64,000 bases of DNA from an uncultured Acidimicrobiia bacterium (lineage in GTDB: Bacteria > Actinomycetota > Acidimicrobiia > Spongiisociales > UBA5794), in assembly GCA_963792895.1 (NCBI GenBank), contig CAWBYA010000008.1:373495-437494 (forward strand), written 5' to 3'. Each line of letters opens with the position of its first letter. The stretch's first letter is position 1. The position numbers and the translations under genes were made by a program. This document shows, piece after piece, positions 54,975 to 64,000 of the stretch. The notes under the pieces are model-generated. The model did not search any database, had not been told where the DNA came from, and saw nothing but the letters and a program-made list of their open reading frames with translations.

Positions 54975-56999
54975 TCAGCGGACGGTGTCGAGGCGTACCA
55001 GGAGGTCACCCATGCCGACCCGATCGCCGACGGCGAACCGGACCTCGACAACAGTCGCGAAGCCGGTGGCTGCGATCCTGTGCTCCATCTTCATCGCCTC
55101 GATCACCATCAAGACGTCACCGTCCTCGACCTGCTGACCGGCGGACACATTCACGGCGATGACGGTGCCGGGTAGAGGGCTGACGGGGCCACTGCCTGCC
55201 TCGGACGCGTCGTGGTCGGAGAATCGCCGCATGAGCGTCCATGTCGCACTGCCCACCGCACCTATCGCCGTGATGCCACGCTCCGGCGTTCCGACCAGCA
55301 TGATCGAGCGCCGGACGCCGTCGACCTCGATACCGAGCTGCTCCCCGGCATGAGACAGCACCCGTACCCGCAGCCGGCGCCGCTCGTCGGGACCGAGGGC
55401 GCCGTCGTCGCCCGGTTGCGGCCACGGACCGACGACCACGGCTGCCTCCCGATCGCTCACCCACAGCTCCTCGATGTGGTTGGCAGCGCCACTCCGGTCG
55501 AGCCACACCGACCGCTGCCCCATCGTCCGCAGATTGCGCCATCCGGGCCGGACGAATCCCCAGAGCCCGTCCGCCGCCCGGTTCGCCAGCGCCCTGTGCA
55601 CCACGCACGCCACGAGCAGAGCGAGAAGGTCGTCGCCCTCCGCACCCGTGGCCGCGGTCACCTGCGGATGCTCCTCCAGATACGAGGTCGGCGTCGCCGC
55701 CGCCAGGAAGTCCGCTTCGTCGAGCAGGGCAACGAGCGTGTTGCGGTTCGTCGCCGGCCCCGCGAGATGAGCTGTGCGCAACGCGCGAGCAAGAGAGCGG
55801 GCCGCCTCTCCCCGCGTTGGGGCGTGGGCAATCACCTTTGCGAGCAGCGAGTCGTAGTCGGTCGACACCACCGAACCCAGCCGGACACCTGCATCCACCC
55901 GCACGTCATCGGCGACCGAGAACGCCGTGATCTCACCGGTGGCCGGGATCCAGCCTGCCGCCGGGTCCTCAGCAACGAGCCGGGCCTCGACGGCGTGGCC
56001 GGCGATCACCACGTCGTCCTGGGCCAGCGGCAACGGCTCCCCCGCCGCAACCCGCAACTGGAGCTCGACGAGATCCAGCCCCGTCACCGCCTCTGTGACG
56101 GGATGCTCGACCTGGAGGCGGGTGTTGACCTCGAGGAAGCTGATGGTGCCTTCGCCGGCCACCAGGAACTCGACGGTGCCGGCGTTCTGGTAGCCAACCG
56201 CCCTACCGAGGGCGAGCGCACCCTCGCACACGGCCGCTCTCATGGCTGCGGTGATCCCGGCGGACGGTGCCTCTTCGACGATCTTCTGGTTGCGGCGCTG
56301 GATCGAGCACTCCCGCTCGCCGAGGTGGATCACGTTGCCGTGGGCGTCGCCCATGATCTGGACCTCGATGTGACGCGTCTGCTCGATATAGGGCTCGACG
56401 AAGACGGTCCCGTCTCCGAACGCACTCGCCGCTTCTCTGGCCGCCGCTTCCACCGCCGCGACCAGCTCGGTCGGGTTGCGCACGATCCGCATCCCCCGCC
56501 CACCGCCACCGGCGGCGGCCTTCACGATGGCGGGCATCGGTACGTTGTCGGGGATCGCCTCAGGTGCTGCTGCGAACACCTGCGCCGTCGGGACCCCGGC
56601 GTCGACGGCGACCTGCTTCGCCGCCACCTTGTCGCCGAGCAGGGCAATCTGGTCCGGCGTCGGGCCCACCCACGCCAGCCCCGCGTCGATCACTCGCCGT
56701 GCAAACTCGGCGTTCTCGGCGAGGAATCCATAGCCGGGGTGGACGGCGTCGCAACCCTGCGACAGCGCAGCCTCGAGCACGGCATCGATATGGAGATACG
56801 ATTCAACAGGCGTTGCTCCGCCCAGCGCAACGGCGACATCGACGACATCGACGTGGAGCGCGTTCGCGTCGGGCTCGGAGTACACGCCCACCGTCTCGAT
56901 GCCCATGCGGTGGGCGGTGCGGGCGATTCGGCAGACGATCTCGCCACGGTTGGCGATGAGGAGCCGGCGGATCGGGCGCACCTCCATCAGTGCCTCCAC
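54975..56999 (-). CDS. accA: acyl-CoA carboxylase alpha subunit (biotin carboxylase + biotin carboxyl carrier domains)
   Basis: 674 aa; ATP-grasp biotin carboxylase N-terminus, C-terminal EAMKME biotinylation motif. Confidence 0.9.
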   Translation of the reverse strand: MEALMEVRPIRRLLIANRGEIVCRIARTAHRMGIETVGVYSEPDANALHVDVVDVAVALGGATPVESYLHIDAVLEAALSQGCDAVHPGYGFLAENAEFARRVIDAGLAWVGPTPDQIALLGDKVAAKQVAVDAGVPTAQVFAAAPEAIPDNVPMPAIVKAAAGGGGRGMRIVRNPTELVAAVEAAAREAASAFGDGTVFVEPYIEQTRHIEVQIMGDAHGNVIHLGERECSIQRRNQKIVEEAPSAGITAAMRAAVCEGALALGRAVGYQNAGTVEFLVAGEGTISFLEVNTRLQVEHPVTEAVTGLDLVELQLRVAAGEPLPLAQDDVVIAGHAVEARLVAEDPAAGWIPATGEITAFSVADDVRVDAGVRLGSVVSTDYDSLLAKVIAHAPTRGEAARSLARALRTAHLAGPATNRNTLVALLDEADFLAAATPTSYLEEHPQVTAATGAEGDDLLALLVACVVHRALANRAADGLWGFVRPGWRNLRTMGQRSVWLDRSGAANHIEELWVSDREAAVVVGPWPQPGDDGALGPDERRRLRVRVLSHAGEQLGIEVDGVRRSIMLVGTPERGITAIGAVGSATWTLMRRFSDHDASEAGSGPVSPLPGTVIAVNVSAGQQVEDGDVLMVIEAMKMEHRIAATGFATVVEVRFAVGDRVGMGDLLVRLDTVR

Positions 57000-58594
57000 A
57001 CCCCGTAGCTCGTGGCGCCGGCGACCTCGTTCGAGTGGACCGCCGAGAGCGCCATCCCCAGCACGACCCGGGTGTCACGGGGATCGATGATCCCGTCGTC
57101 CCACACGCGGCCGGTGGCGTACAGCGCCGTCGACTCCCGCTCCACCTGAGTCTCCAGCATCGAGGTCTGGGCGGCGAGCGCCTCCTCCTCGATCTCGAGC
57201 CCGCGCTTGGCGGCGGAGTTGCGGGCGATGATCTCCATGACCCCGGCGAGCTGCTTCGGCCCCATAACGGCGATGCGGTGGTTGGGCCAGGTGAAGATGA
57301 AGCGGGGGTTGTAGGCCCTGCCCGCCATCCCGTAGTTGCCCGCCCCGTAGCTGGCCCCCACCATCATCACCAGGTGGGGTACCTCGGAGTTGGAGACGGC
57401 GTTGATGAGCTTGGCGCCGTTGCGGATGATGCCTCCCTGCTCCGCCTTGGATCCGACCATGAACCCGGTGATGTTCTGGAAGAACACGAGCGGGGTGTCG
57501 GTGCGGTTGCACAGCTGGATGAACTGGGCGCCCTTCTTGGCCTCCTCGGAGAACAAGATGCCGTTGTTGCCGAGCACCCCGACGGGGTAGCCGCAGATCG
57601 AACCCCAGCCGCACACGAGCTGGCCGCCGTACAGCGGCTTGAACTCCTCCATGCGGCTGCCGTCGAGCACCCTGGCGAAGATCTCCCTGATCTCGAAGGG
57701 GATGCGGACGTCCGCCGAGGCGCACCCCATCAGCTCCTCAGGGTCGTGGAGCGGATCGTCGGCAGGCTCGGTGGGACCGGGACCGAGCTTTCGCCAGCGC
57801 AGGTGGCGGACGATGCCACGCCCGATGCGGAGCGCATCCATCTCGTCGATCGCCAGGTAGTCGGACAGCCCGCTGATCCGGGAATGCATCTCCGCCCCGC
57901 CGAGGGTCTCCTCGTCGACGACCTCGTCGATCGCCATCTTCACCAGTGGTGGGCCGCCGAGATAGGCGGTGGCCCGCTCCTTCACGAACACCGAGTAATC
58001 GCTCATCCCCGGCACGTAGGCGCCACCCGCCGTTGCCGGGCCAAAGCCGAGCGTGATCGAGGGGATCCCCGCCTTCGACATCTGGGTGAGGTAGCGGAAC
58101 TGGGCGCCGCCGGGCACGAAGATGTCGGCCTGGCGGGGCAGCTCGGCGCCGGCGGCCTCGTTGAGGATGATGGTCGGCAGCCGGTTCTGGAGCACGATCT
58201 CATACAGCCGCATCATCTTGGTGAGCGTGGTGGGGTTGGCGGAGCCGCCCCGGTACGTCATGTCCGAGCCGGTGATGGCCACCTCGGTTCCCTCGACGAT
58301 CCCTATGCCGGCGACGATGCCCGCCCCGATCGGGTCCTGGGTGCCCCAGGCGGCAAGGGGACTCAGCTCGAGGAAGGGGGTGTGCGGGTCGACCAGGGCC
58401 TCGATCCGCTCCCGCACCAGCATCTTGCCTCGCTTGCGATGGCGGTCGACGTACCGCTGGCCACCCACGGCAGGGACCTTGGCGAGAAGGGTTGCGACCT
58501 CGTCCCACAGTTCCCGCATAGCCGCTCGGTTGGTGGCGTACTCCGCGGAGCGGGTGTCGAGCCGGCTGCGCAGCGGCGTGCCGATCGGGCTCAC
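56987..58594 (-). CDS. accD: acyl-CoA carboxylase carboxyltransferase beta subunit (methylcrotonyl/propionyl-CoA type)
   Basis: 535 aa carboxyltransferase N and C halves; 13-nt overlap with downstream accA (accD-accA order as in mycobacterial accD1-accA1). Confidence 0.85.
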   Translation of the reverse strand: MSPIGTPLRSRLDTRSAEYATNRAAMRELWDEVATLLAKVPAVGGQRYVDRHRKRGKMLVRERIEALVDPHTPFLELSPLAAWGTQDPIGAGIVAGIGIVEGTEVAITGSDMTYRGGSANPTTLTKMMRLYEIVLQNRLPTIILNEAAGAELPRQADIFVPGGAQFRYLTQMSKAGIPSITLGFGPATAGGAYVPGMSDYSVFVKERATAYLGGPPLVKMAIDEVVDEETLGGAEMHSRISGLSDYLAIDEMDALRIGRGIVRHLRWRKLGPGPTEPADDPLHDPEELMGCASADVRIPFEIREIFARVLDGSRMEEFKPLYGGQLVCGWGSICGYPVGVLGNNGILFSEEAKKGAQFIQLCNRTDTPLVFFQNITGFMVGSKAEQGGIIRNGAKLINAVSNSEVPHLVMMVGASYGAGNYGMAGRAYNPRFIFTWPNHRIAVMGPKQLAGVMEIIARNSAAKRGLEIEEEALAAQTSMLETQVERESTALYATGRVWDDGIIDPRDTRVVLGMALSAVHSNEVAGATSYGVWRH

Positions 58595-58727
58595 CGCCTG
58601 CTCCTGTCCATCCCATCGGCTACGTGCTGCATCGGCTCGCAGGCTACCGCGCCGGTCGGGCGGCCCGATCCCGAGCGGGCGGTGCGGGGATCGCTCGTTT
58701 CAACCGCCGCCTACCGTTGCCACTCCG

Positions 58728-59459
58728 ATGAGTGATCACGACTTCTCCCGGCTCGCCGAGCTCCACACGCTCGGCGACGACCCGATCCCCGAGGTCGTGA
58801 GCGGAATCGCAGCCGGCCGGGCAGCCGAGCTGGTCTGGCGCAACGAACTCGGTGGGCTCACGTTTCGCATCGGCGACAGCATCGTGAAGTGGAATCCACG
58901 TCGGACAGGCATCGACCTCGAGCGAGAACGCCTGCGGCTCGACTGGATTGCGGGTCGATTCCCGGCTCCACTCGTCAGGTCTTTCGGCTCGAACGACCAT
59001 GGGCAGTGGATCGTGACCGATGCACTGCCGGGCGACTGCGCCGTCGGCGACACCTGGCGGGCCCGCCGGCAGGAGGCAATCGAGGCGATCGCCACCGGGC
59101 TGCGTGCCATCCACGCCGTCGCAATCGACGACTTCCCGGTTGATTGGATCGGCGAGGTCTGGCACGCCAGGACGCCTGCAACGCTCGGGCAACGGCCGCC
59201 ACTCGACGAGCCGGTCCTCGTGCACGGCGACGCATGTGCGCCCAACACGCTGATCACGCCGGAAGGCGAGTGGTCCGGCATTGTCGATCTCGGCGATCTC
59301 GGCGTGGGCGACCGCTGGGCCGATCTGGCCATTGCATCGCTCAGCCTCGATTGGAACTTCGGCGATGGTCATCAGGGAGAGTTCTTCGATGCGTACGGGA
59401 TTCAGCCAGATGAGGTGCGAATCCGCTACTACCGAGAGCTGTGGCACCTCGAGTCGTGA
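58728..59459 (+). CDS. aminoglycoside/choline-kinase-like phosphotransferase (APH family)
   Basis: 243 aa; Brenner motif VLVHGDACAPNTLI and DLGDLGVGDRWADLA. Confidence 0.7.
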   Translation: MSDHDFSRLAELHTLGDDPIPEVVSGIAAGRAAELVWRNELGGLTFRIGDSIVKWNPRRTGIDLERERLRLDWIAGRFPAPLVRSFGSNDHGQWIVTDALPGDCAVGDTWRARRQEAIEAIATGLRAIHAVAIDDFPVDWIGEVWHARTPATLGQRPPLDEPVLVHGDACAPNTLITPEGEWSGIVDLGDLGVGDRWADLAIASLSLDWNFGDGHQGEFFDAYGIQPDEVRIRYYRELWHLES

Positions 59460-59750
59460 CGCTGTCGCCACTCGCCAGCCGTTGGCGGTCACGCCTCCGC
59501 AAGCTGCGGGACGACGGACTTGCCGAGACGCTCCACCGTTGCAGCCGATCCCGGACCGAGCCGAATCAGTTGGGCTTCCTGGATGCCGGCGTCGTCGAGC
59601 CGCACGGATCTCTCCGACCAAGGCAGCGTCACCACGAGCCGAGCTCATGGTTTCAGTCGTGCTGGTCCTTCTGGGACTGCCGCTGCTGTTGGCCGCATGA
59701 CCAACGGCTGGCACCATGTCGACGAGGGAATGACCTCCGGATGGCGCCGG

Positions 59751-60383
59751 TCAGCGCAGCCCGAGCCAGTGGAGGATGAGGTCGGCGTCGAGGAGCGAGA
59801 TGGCGGTGTGCCGGGTCGACACCGAGCCGTCCCGAGAAAGCAGCACGGTACGCATCCCGGCGGCCACGGCGGCGTCTGCGCCGATCTCGGTGTCGTCGAT
59901 GGCGAGACAGCTCGCCGGTGGCACCGCTATCCCCTCTGCGGCGGCGAGGAACAGGTCCGGCGCCGGCTTGCCACGGGTGACGTCGTGGCCCGAGACCACC
60001 GCATCGAAATAGCGGGTCAAATCGAACTTGGCCAGCTTCAGGTCGAGCATCTCGCGGCCGCTCGACGAGGCCACCGCCAGCGGCACGCCCTCGGCCGCCA
60101 GCGCCCGCACCGTATCGACCGCATCAGGGAACGCTTCGAGCTCCGTCATGAACACATCCCGGCGCACGACGTCGACCTCGGCCACCAGGTCGTGACTCGG
60201 ATCGACGTCGACGAAGCGTCTGAAGTAGATCGCGGCGTCCTCGCTGGTGGTGCCGCGGGTGGCCAGGAAGTCGCCGTCGGTGGCTGCGTAGCCGTAGCGA
60301 TCGAGGATGATCGCCCAGGACCGTTCGGAGATCGGCTCGCTGTCGACGAGGACGCCATCGCAGTCGAACACGACGCCCCGCAT
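59751..60383 (-). CDS. HAD-family hydrolase (beta-phosphoglucomutase-like subfamily IA)
   Basis: MRGVVFDCDGVLVDSE motif I, S/T motif II, K and DD motifs. Confidence 0.75.
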   Translation of the reverse strand: MRGVVFDCDGVLVDSEPISERSWAIILDRYGYAATDGDFLATRGTTSEDAAIYFRRFVDVDPSHDLVAEVDVVRRDVFMTELEAFPDAVDTVRALAAEGVPLAVASSSGREMLDLKLAKFDLTRYFDAVVSGHDVTRGKPAPDLFLAAAEGIAVPPASCLAIDDTEIGADAAVAAGMRTVLLSRDGSVSTRHTAISLLDADLILHWLGLR

Positions 60384-60389
60384 GCCGGA

Positions 60390-61838
60390 TCAGCCTGCGG
60401 CTCGGGTGCGCACGAGCTGCGACACCACCTTGGGGTCGGCCTTGCCGCCCGTCGCCCGCATCACCTGTCCCACGAGGTAGCCGACCGGCTTCATGTCGCC
60501 CTCGCGGATCCTCGCGATCTCGTCCGGATGCGCCGCCAGTACTGCGTCGACCTCCCCCTCGAGCACGCTCGTGTCGGAGATCTGGATGAGGTCGCGAGCC
60601 TCGGCTACCGAGGAGGGTTTCCCCTCCCCCGCCAGCACGCCGCGCAGCACGTCCTTGGCCGCGGATGCCGACACCGTGCCATCGGCGACCATCTCCGAAA
60701 GCTCGACGAGATCGGCTGAATCGAGCCCGGTCGAGGCGAGCGTCGCCTCTTCCTGACGGAGGTAGGCGACGACCTCGCCGGTCAGCCAGTTGGCGACGGT
60801 GCGGGCATCTGCCCCCTCGGCCACGGCGGCGTCGAAGAGCGCGCCGAGGTCATCGTCGTCCACGAGCGACGCCGTAGTGGCGGCGTCGACCCCGGATGCG
60901 AGATACCGTGCGCGGCGGGCTGCCGGCAGCTCGGGAAGCGATGCGATCACTCGCTGCCGCCACGCCGCGTCCACCTCCAGCGGCACGAGGTCGGGCTCCT
61001 GGAAGTAGCGATAGTCCTCGGACTCCTCCTTCGAGCGCATCGATGACGTCGCTCCAGCTCCTTCATCCCAGTGCCGGGTCTCCTGGACGACGGTCCCGCC
61101 CGACTCCACGAGCGCAATCTGGCGGTCGATCTCGTACGCAACGGCGCGCTGCAGCGACCGCAGCGAGTTCATGTTCTTCACCTCGGCCCGGGTGCCGAAG
61201 ACCTCATCGTCGGCGAGGCGGATCGAGATGTTGGCGTCGAACCGCATCGAGCCCTCCTCCAGCCGGGCATCGGAAACGCCGAGCGTGCGCACGATGCGCT
61301 GCAGCTCAGTGGCGTAGGCCCTCGCCTGCTCAGGACTGCGGATGTCCGGCTCGGTGACGATCTCGACCAGCGGCACGCCGGCCCGGTTGAAGTCGAGCAG
61401 CGAGTGGTCGGCATCGTGGATGCGGCCGCCCTCGCTGGCGTGAAGGCTCTTGCCGGTGTCCTCTTCCATGTGCACGCGGGTGATGCCGATCCGCCCGATC
61501 TCGTCGTCGACCGGCACCTCGAGGTGACCGCCGACACACAGCGGGATGTCGTACTGGGAGATCTGGTAGTTCTTCGGAAGGTCGGGGTAGAAGTAGTTCT
61601 TGCGGTGGAAGACGGAGCGCTCGACGATCTCGCAGTTGAGCGCCGCCCCGATGCGAAGGATGCCTTCGATCGCTTCCTCGTTGGGCACCGGGAGGGCGCC
61701 GGGGAGGGCAAGACACACGGGGCAGGTATTCGTGTTGGGCTCGGCGCCGAACTCGACGGCGCAGCCGCAGAACATCTTCGACCGGGTGCGCAGCTCGACG
61801 TGGGTCTCGATGCCGATCACCGCCTCGTACCCGCTCAC
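60390..61838 (-). CDS. gatB: Asp-tRNA(Asn)/Glu-tRNA(Gln) amidotransferase subunit B
   Basis: [13 protein letters not shown]...[13 protein letters not shown]...; GTG start overlaps gatA stop (GTGA). Confidence 0.9.
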   Translation of the reverse strand: MSGYEAVIGIETHVELRTRSKMFCGCAVEFGAEPNTNTCPVCLALPGALPVPNEEAIEGILRIGAALNCEIVERSVFHRKNYFYPDLPKNYQISQYDIPLCVGGHLEVPVDDEIGRIGITRVHMEEDTGKSLHASEGGRIHDADHSLLDFNRAGVPLVEIVTEPDIRSPEQARAYATELQRIVRTLGVSDARLEEGSMRFDANISIRLADDEVFGTRAEVKNMNSLRSLQRAVAYEIDRQIALVESGGTVVQETRHWDEGAGATSSMRSKEESEDYRYFQEPDLVPLEVDAAWRQRVIASLPELPAARRARYLASGVDAATTASLVDDDDLGALFDAAVAEGADARTVANWLTGEVVAYLRQEEATLASTGLDSADLVELSEMVADGTVSASAAKDVLRGVLAGEGKPSSVAEARDLIQISDTSVLEGEVDAVLAAHPDEIARIREGDMKPVGYLVGQVMRATGGKADPKVVSQLVRTRAAG

Positions 61839-63316
61839 GGCAGCCTCACCTCCGACGTCGCCAGCGCCGGCCGGGCGACGAAGCCGCTGAGCCGCTCGAG
61901 CTCGGCGGCGACGCGGAACATGACCTCCTCGCCGAGCGCAGGTGCCATCACCTGGAAGCCGATCGGCAGCCCTGTGGAGTCGAGACCGATCGGCAGGGAG
62001 AGGGCCGGATCGCCGACGAGGTTCGCCGGCAGGGTGCAGATGTCCGACAAGTACATCGTCAAGGGGTCGTCGGTCTTCTCGCCGAGCCGGAACGCAGTCG
62101 TGGGGCTCGTCGGCGACACCAGGACGTCGACCTGCTCGTAGGCGGCGGCGAAGTCCCTCCGCATCAGCGTGCGCACCCGCTGCGCCTGGCCGTAGAAGGC
62201 GTCGTAGTAGCCGGCGCTGAGAGCGTACGTGCCGAGCAGGATGCGCCTGGTGACCTCGGGGCCGAAACCCTCGCCGCGGGTCTTCGCCATCATCTCCTCG
62301 GTGGTGTCTCCGTCCACCCGCAGCCCGTAGCGCACACCGTCGAAGCGAGCGAGGTTCGCCGAGCACTCGGCGGGAGCGATGAGGTAGTAGGTGGGGATCG
62401 CATGGGCGACGGCCGGCACTGCCACCTCGACGACCTCCGCACCAGCGTTGGCGAGGCCGTCGACCGAGGCGCGAAACGCAGCGAGCACCTCGGAGTCGAT
62501 CCCCTCGGCGGCGAGCTCCGTCACCACTCCGATGCGGAGACCACTGACGCCGGCGCCCAGGCTGTTGGCGAGGGGCGGGACGTCGCCTCGGATGGTCGTC
62601 GCATCCTGCCGATCCCAGCCGGCGATGGCCTCGAGGATCACCGCTGCGTCCTCCACCGTGCGAGCGAGCGGTCCGATCTGGTCGAGCGACGAGGCAAAGG
62701 CGATGAGGCCGTAGCGGCTCACGAGGCCGTAGGTCGGCTTCACGCCAACGAGCCCACACAGCGCCGCAGGCTGGCGCACCGATCCGCCCGTGTCGCTGCC
62801 GAGCGCCCCGAGCGCCGACCCCGCGGCGACGGCCGCGGCCGCACCACCCGAGGAGCCGCCGGGCACCCGGTCCGGGTCCCAGGGGTTGCGGGTGGGGCCA
62901 AAGGCGGAGTTCTCCGTCGAGGAGCCCATGGCGAACTCGTCGAGGTTGGTCTTCCCGGTGAGCACCGCACCTGCCTCGCGCAGGCTGGTCACGGCCGACG
63001 CGTCGTAAGGGGGCACGTAGCCGGCGAGGATCTTCGACCCGGCCGTGGTCTCGGTGCCGCGCGTGCACATGTTGTCCTTGAGCGCGATCGGGATGCCGTG
63101 AAGCGGGCCGCGATCGTCGCCGGCGGCGAGCTCCAGATCGGCCTGAGCTGCGGCGGTGCGGGCGCCCTCCTGGTCGAGGGTGAGGTAGGCGTGGAGGTGG
63201 GCTTCGGTGATCGACGCCCTCCGCACGACGGCATCGAGCAGCTCGACGGCCGACAGTTCACCGCTGCGCAAGGCAGCACCGGCCGCGGCGATCGTGAGGT
63301 CGGCGGCGTCGGTCAC
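61835..63316 (-). CDS. gatA: Glu-tRNA(Gln) amidotransferase subunit A
   Basis: 493 aa amidase-signature protein, [38 protein letters not shown]. Confidence 0.9.
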   Translation of the reverse strand: MTDAADLTIAAAGAALRSGELSAVELLDAVVRRASITEAHLHAYLTLDQEGARTAAAQADLELAAGDDRGPLHGIPIALKDNMCTRGTETTAGSKILAGYVPPYDASAVTSLREAGAVLTGKTNLDEFAMGSSTENSAFGPTRNPWDPDRVPGGSSGGAAAAVAAGSALGALGSDTGGSVRQPAALCGLVGVKPTYGLVSRYGLIAFASSLDQIGPLARTVEDAAVILEAIAGWDRQDATTIRGDVPPLANSLGAGVSGLRIGVVTELAAEGIDSEVLAAFRASVDGLANAGAEVVEVAVPAVAHAIPTYYLIAPAECSANLARFDGVRYGLRVDGDTTEEMMAKTRGEGFGPEVTRRILLGTYALSAGYYDAFYGQAQRVRTLMRRDFAAAYEQVDVLVSPTSPTTAFRLGEKTDDPLTMYLSDICTLPANLVGDPALSLPIGLDSTGLPIGFQVMAPALGEEVMFRVAAELERLSGFVARPALATSEVRLP

Positions 63317-63317
63317 G

Positions 63318-63608
63318 TCACGCCTCGTCGAGGATGCGCGGCACCCGGAAGTAGCCGTCGACTGCGTCCGGGGCCTGGGCGAGCACCTCGTCTGGATCGA
63401 GCGAGGGCGCCAGCTCGTCGGGTCGGAACGAGTTGGTCATCGGCATCGGATGGGAGGTTGGGGGCACACCTTCAGTGGGAAGGGCTTGCACGCTCTCGGC
63501 GTAGGCGAGGATCGAGTCGAGCTGGGCGCCGTACTCGGCGAGTTGCTCCTCGCTGAGCGCGATGCGGGCGAGCTTGGCCACCTTGGCGATGTCGACGTGG
63601 ACGGGCAT
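63318..63608 (-). CDS. gatC: Glu-tRNA(Gln) amidotransferase subunit C
   Basis: 96 aa; [32 protein letters not shown] typical GatC. Confidence 0.85.
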   Translation of the reverse strand: MPVHVDIAKVAKLARIALSEEQLAEYGAQLDSILAYAESVQALPTEGVPPTSHPMPMTNSFRPDELAPSLDPDEVLAQAPDAVDGYFRVPRILDEA

Positions 63609-63653
63609 AGACCGGCGAGGTTAGTGCGGGTCCTGACCGGTCGGGCGACCGCC

Positions 63654-63965
63654 TCAGGCGTGATCGCAGCTCGCGCAGACCCATACGGCGCCGCTGAGCG
63701 ATCTCGTGCCGCCACACGTCCGGCATCGGACGAGGTCGGCGTCGGCACCCTCGCGGGTCCAGGCTGCGGCCGAGCGAATCGTCTTCCTCGGGGTGCGCGG
63801 CGCCGCGTTGAGCTTGGAGCCGATCGCGATCCCGACGGCGACGGGCAATGCGAACAGGGCGAGCATGAATGCCGCCGCTCCAACGAACCCGTCGAACGCC
63901 TGGCTCACGCCGAAGGCGACGGCGGCCGCTGCGGCGAATCCAGCGCCGATCAGGACAGCTCGCAC
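63654..63965 (-). CDS. small membrane protein with C-terminal CxxC...CxxC zinc-ribbon (hypothetical; N-terminus may extend beyond ORF start)
   Basis: two TM helices then RCRTCGG...CASCDH. Confidence 0.35.
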   Translation of the reverse strand: MRAVLIGAGFAAAAAVAFGVSQAFDGFVGAAAFMLALFALPVAVGIAIGSKLNAAPRTPRKTIRSAAAWTREGADADLVRCRTCGGTRSLSGAVWVCASCDHA

Positions 63966-64000
63966 CGTGCCTGCATCTTCGTCGCCCGCCGCCGCCGGCG

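Noticed and set aside
55212-58735. 598-aa and 581-aa plus-strand ORFs
   Set aside because: Antisense to accA and accD, both of which carry unambiguous biotin-carboxylase and carboxyltransferase motifs.
1-64000. CRISPR arrays, rRNA genes, IS elements with terminal inverted repeats
   Set aside because: No regularly spaced direct repeats, no rRNA-like conserved stretches, and no transposase ORFs were seen. The only mobile-element trace is the integrase fragment.

Overview
This is a 64 kb high-GC (about 70%) chromosomal segment, almost certainly from an actinobacterium. Supporting marker genes: a close homolog of mycothiol S-conjugate amidase Mca, F420-linked genes (CofC/FbiD, an LLM-class oxidoreductase), gltX next to tRNA-Gln/tRNA-Glu, gatCAB, serA, pyk, an accD-accA acyl-CoA carboxylase pair and keto-acid dehydrogenase E1 alpha/beta. 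I call about 65 protein-coding genes or gene remnants and two tRNAs; no CRISPR array and no rRNA were seen. Most long ORFs antisense to these genes are GC-driven artefacts and were rejected. Three things stand out. (1) An orphan type-VI-secretion-type Hcp tube-protein gene with a Ser/Lys-rich tail sits on a lower-GC islet that ends in a truncated tyrosine-integrase remnant beside tRNA-Glu(CTC), a classic degraded tRNA-targeted island. T6SS is not described in Actinobacteria and no other T6SS genes lie within 20 kb. (2) A translationally coupled locus encodes a MauE-like membrane protein, a Tat-exported protein with about 26 cysteines in 150 residues fused to FG-GAP repeats, an FG-GAP repeat protein and a MauD/TlpA-like thioredoxin. 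It is followed by an operon for a membrane protein, an unknown protein, a triple-SLH-like secreted protein and a prenyltransferase-like alpha/alpha-toroid protein. The layout resembles the MauE/MauD maturation system for the Cys-rich light chain of methylamine dehydrogenase, but built around an undescribed Cys-rich secreted protein. (3) ppc carries 4 frameshifts, a large LamG/PKD protein carries 2, and a nuclease-like gene carries 1. All are consistent with single-base insertions and cluster at 47-55 kb while flanking long genes are intact, so these are either genuine pseudogenes or local assembly errors. Lesser observations: a pair of overlapping dynamin-like GTPase genes next to MscS and mca, tandem secreted amidase paralogs with poly-Thr/poly-Pro linkers, tandem septum-formation-family paralogs, and a partial GNAT duplication.
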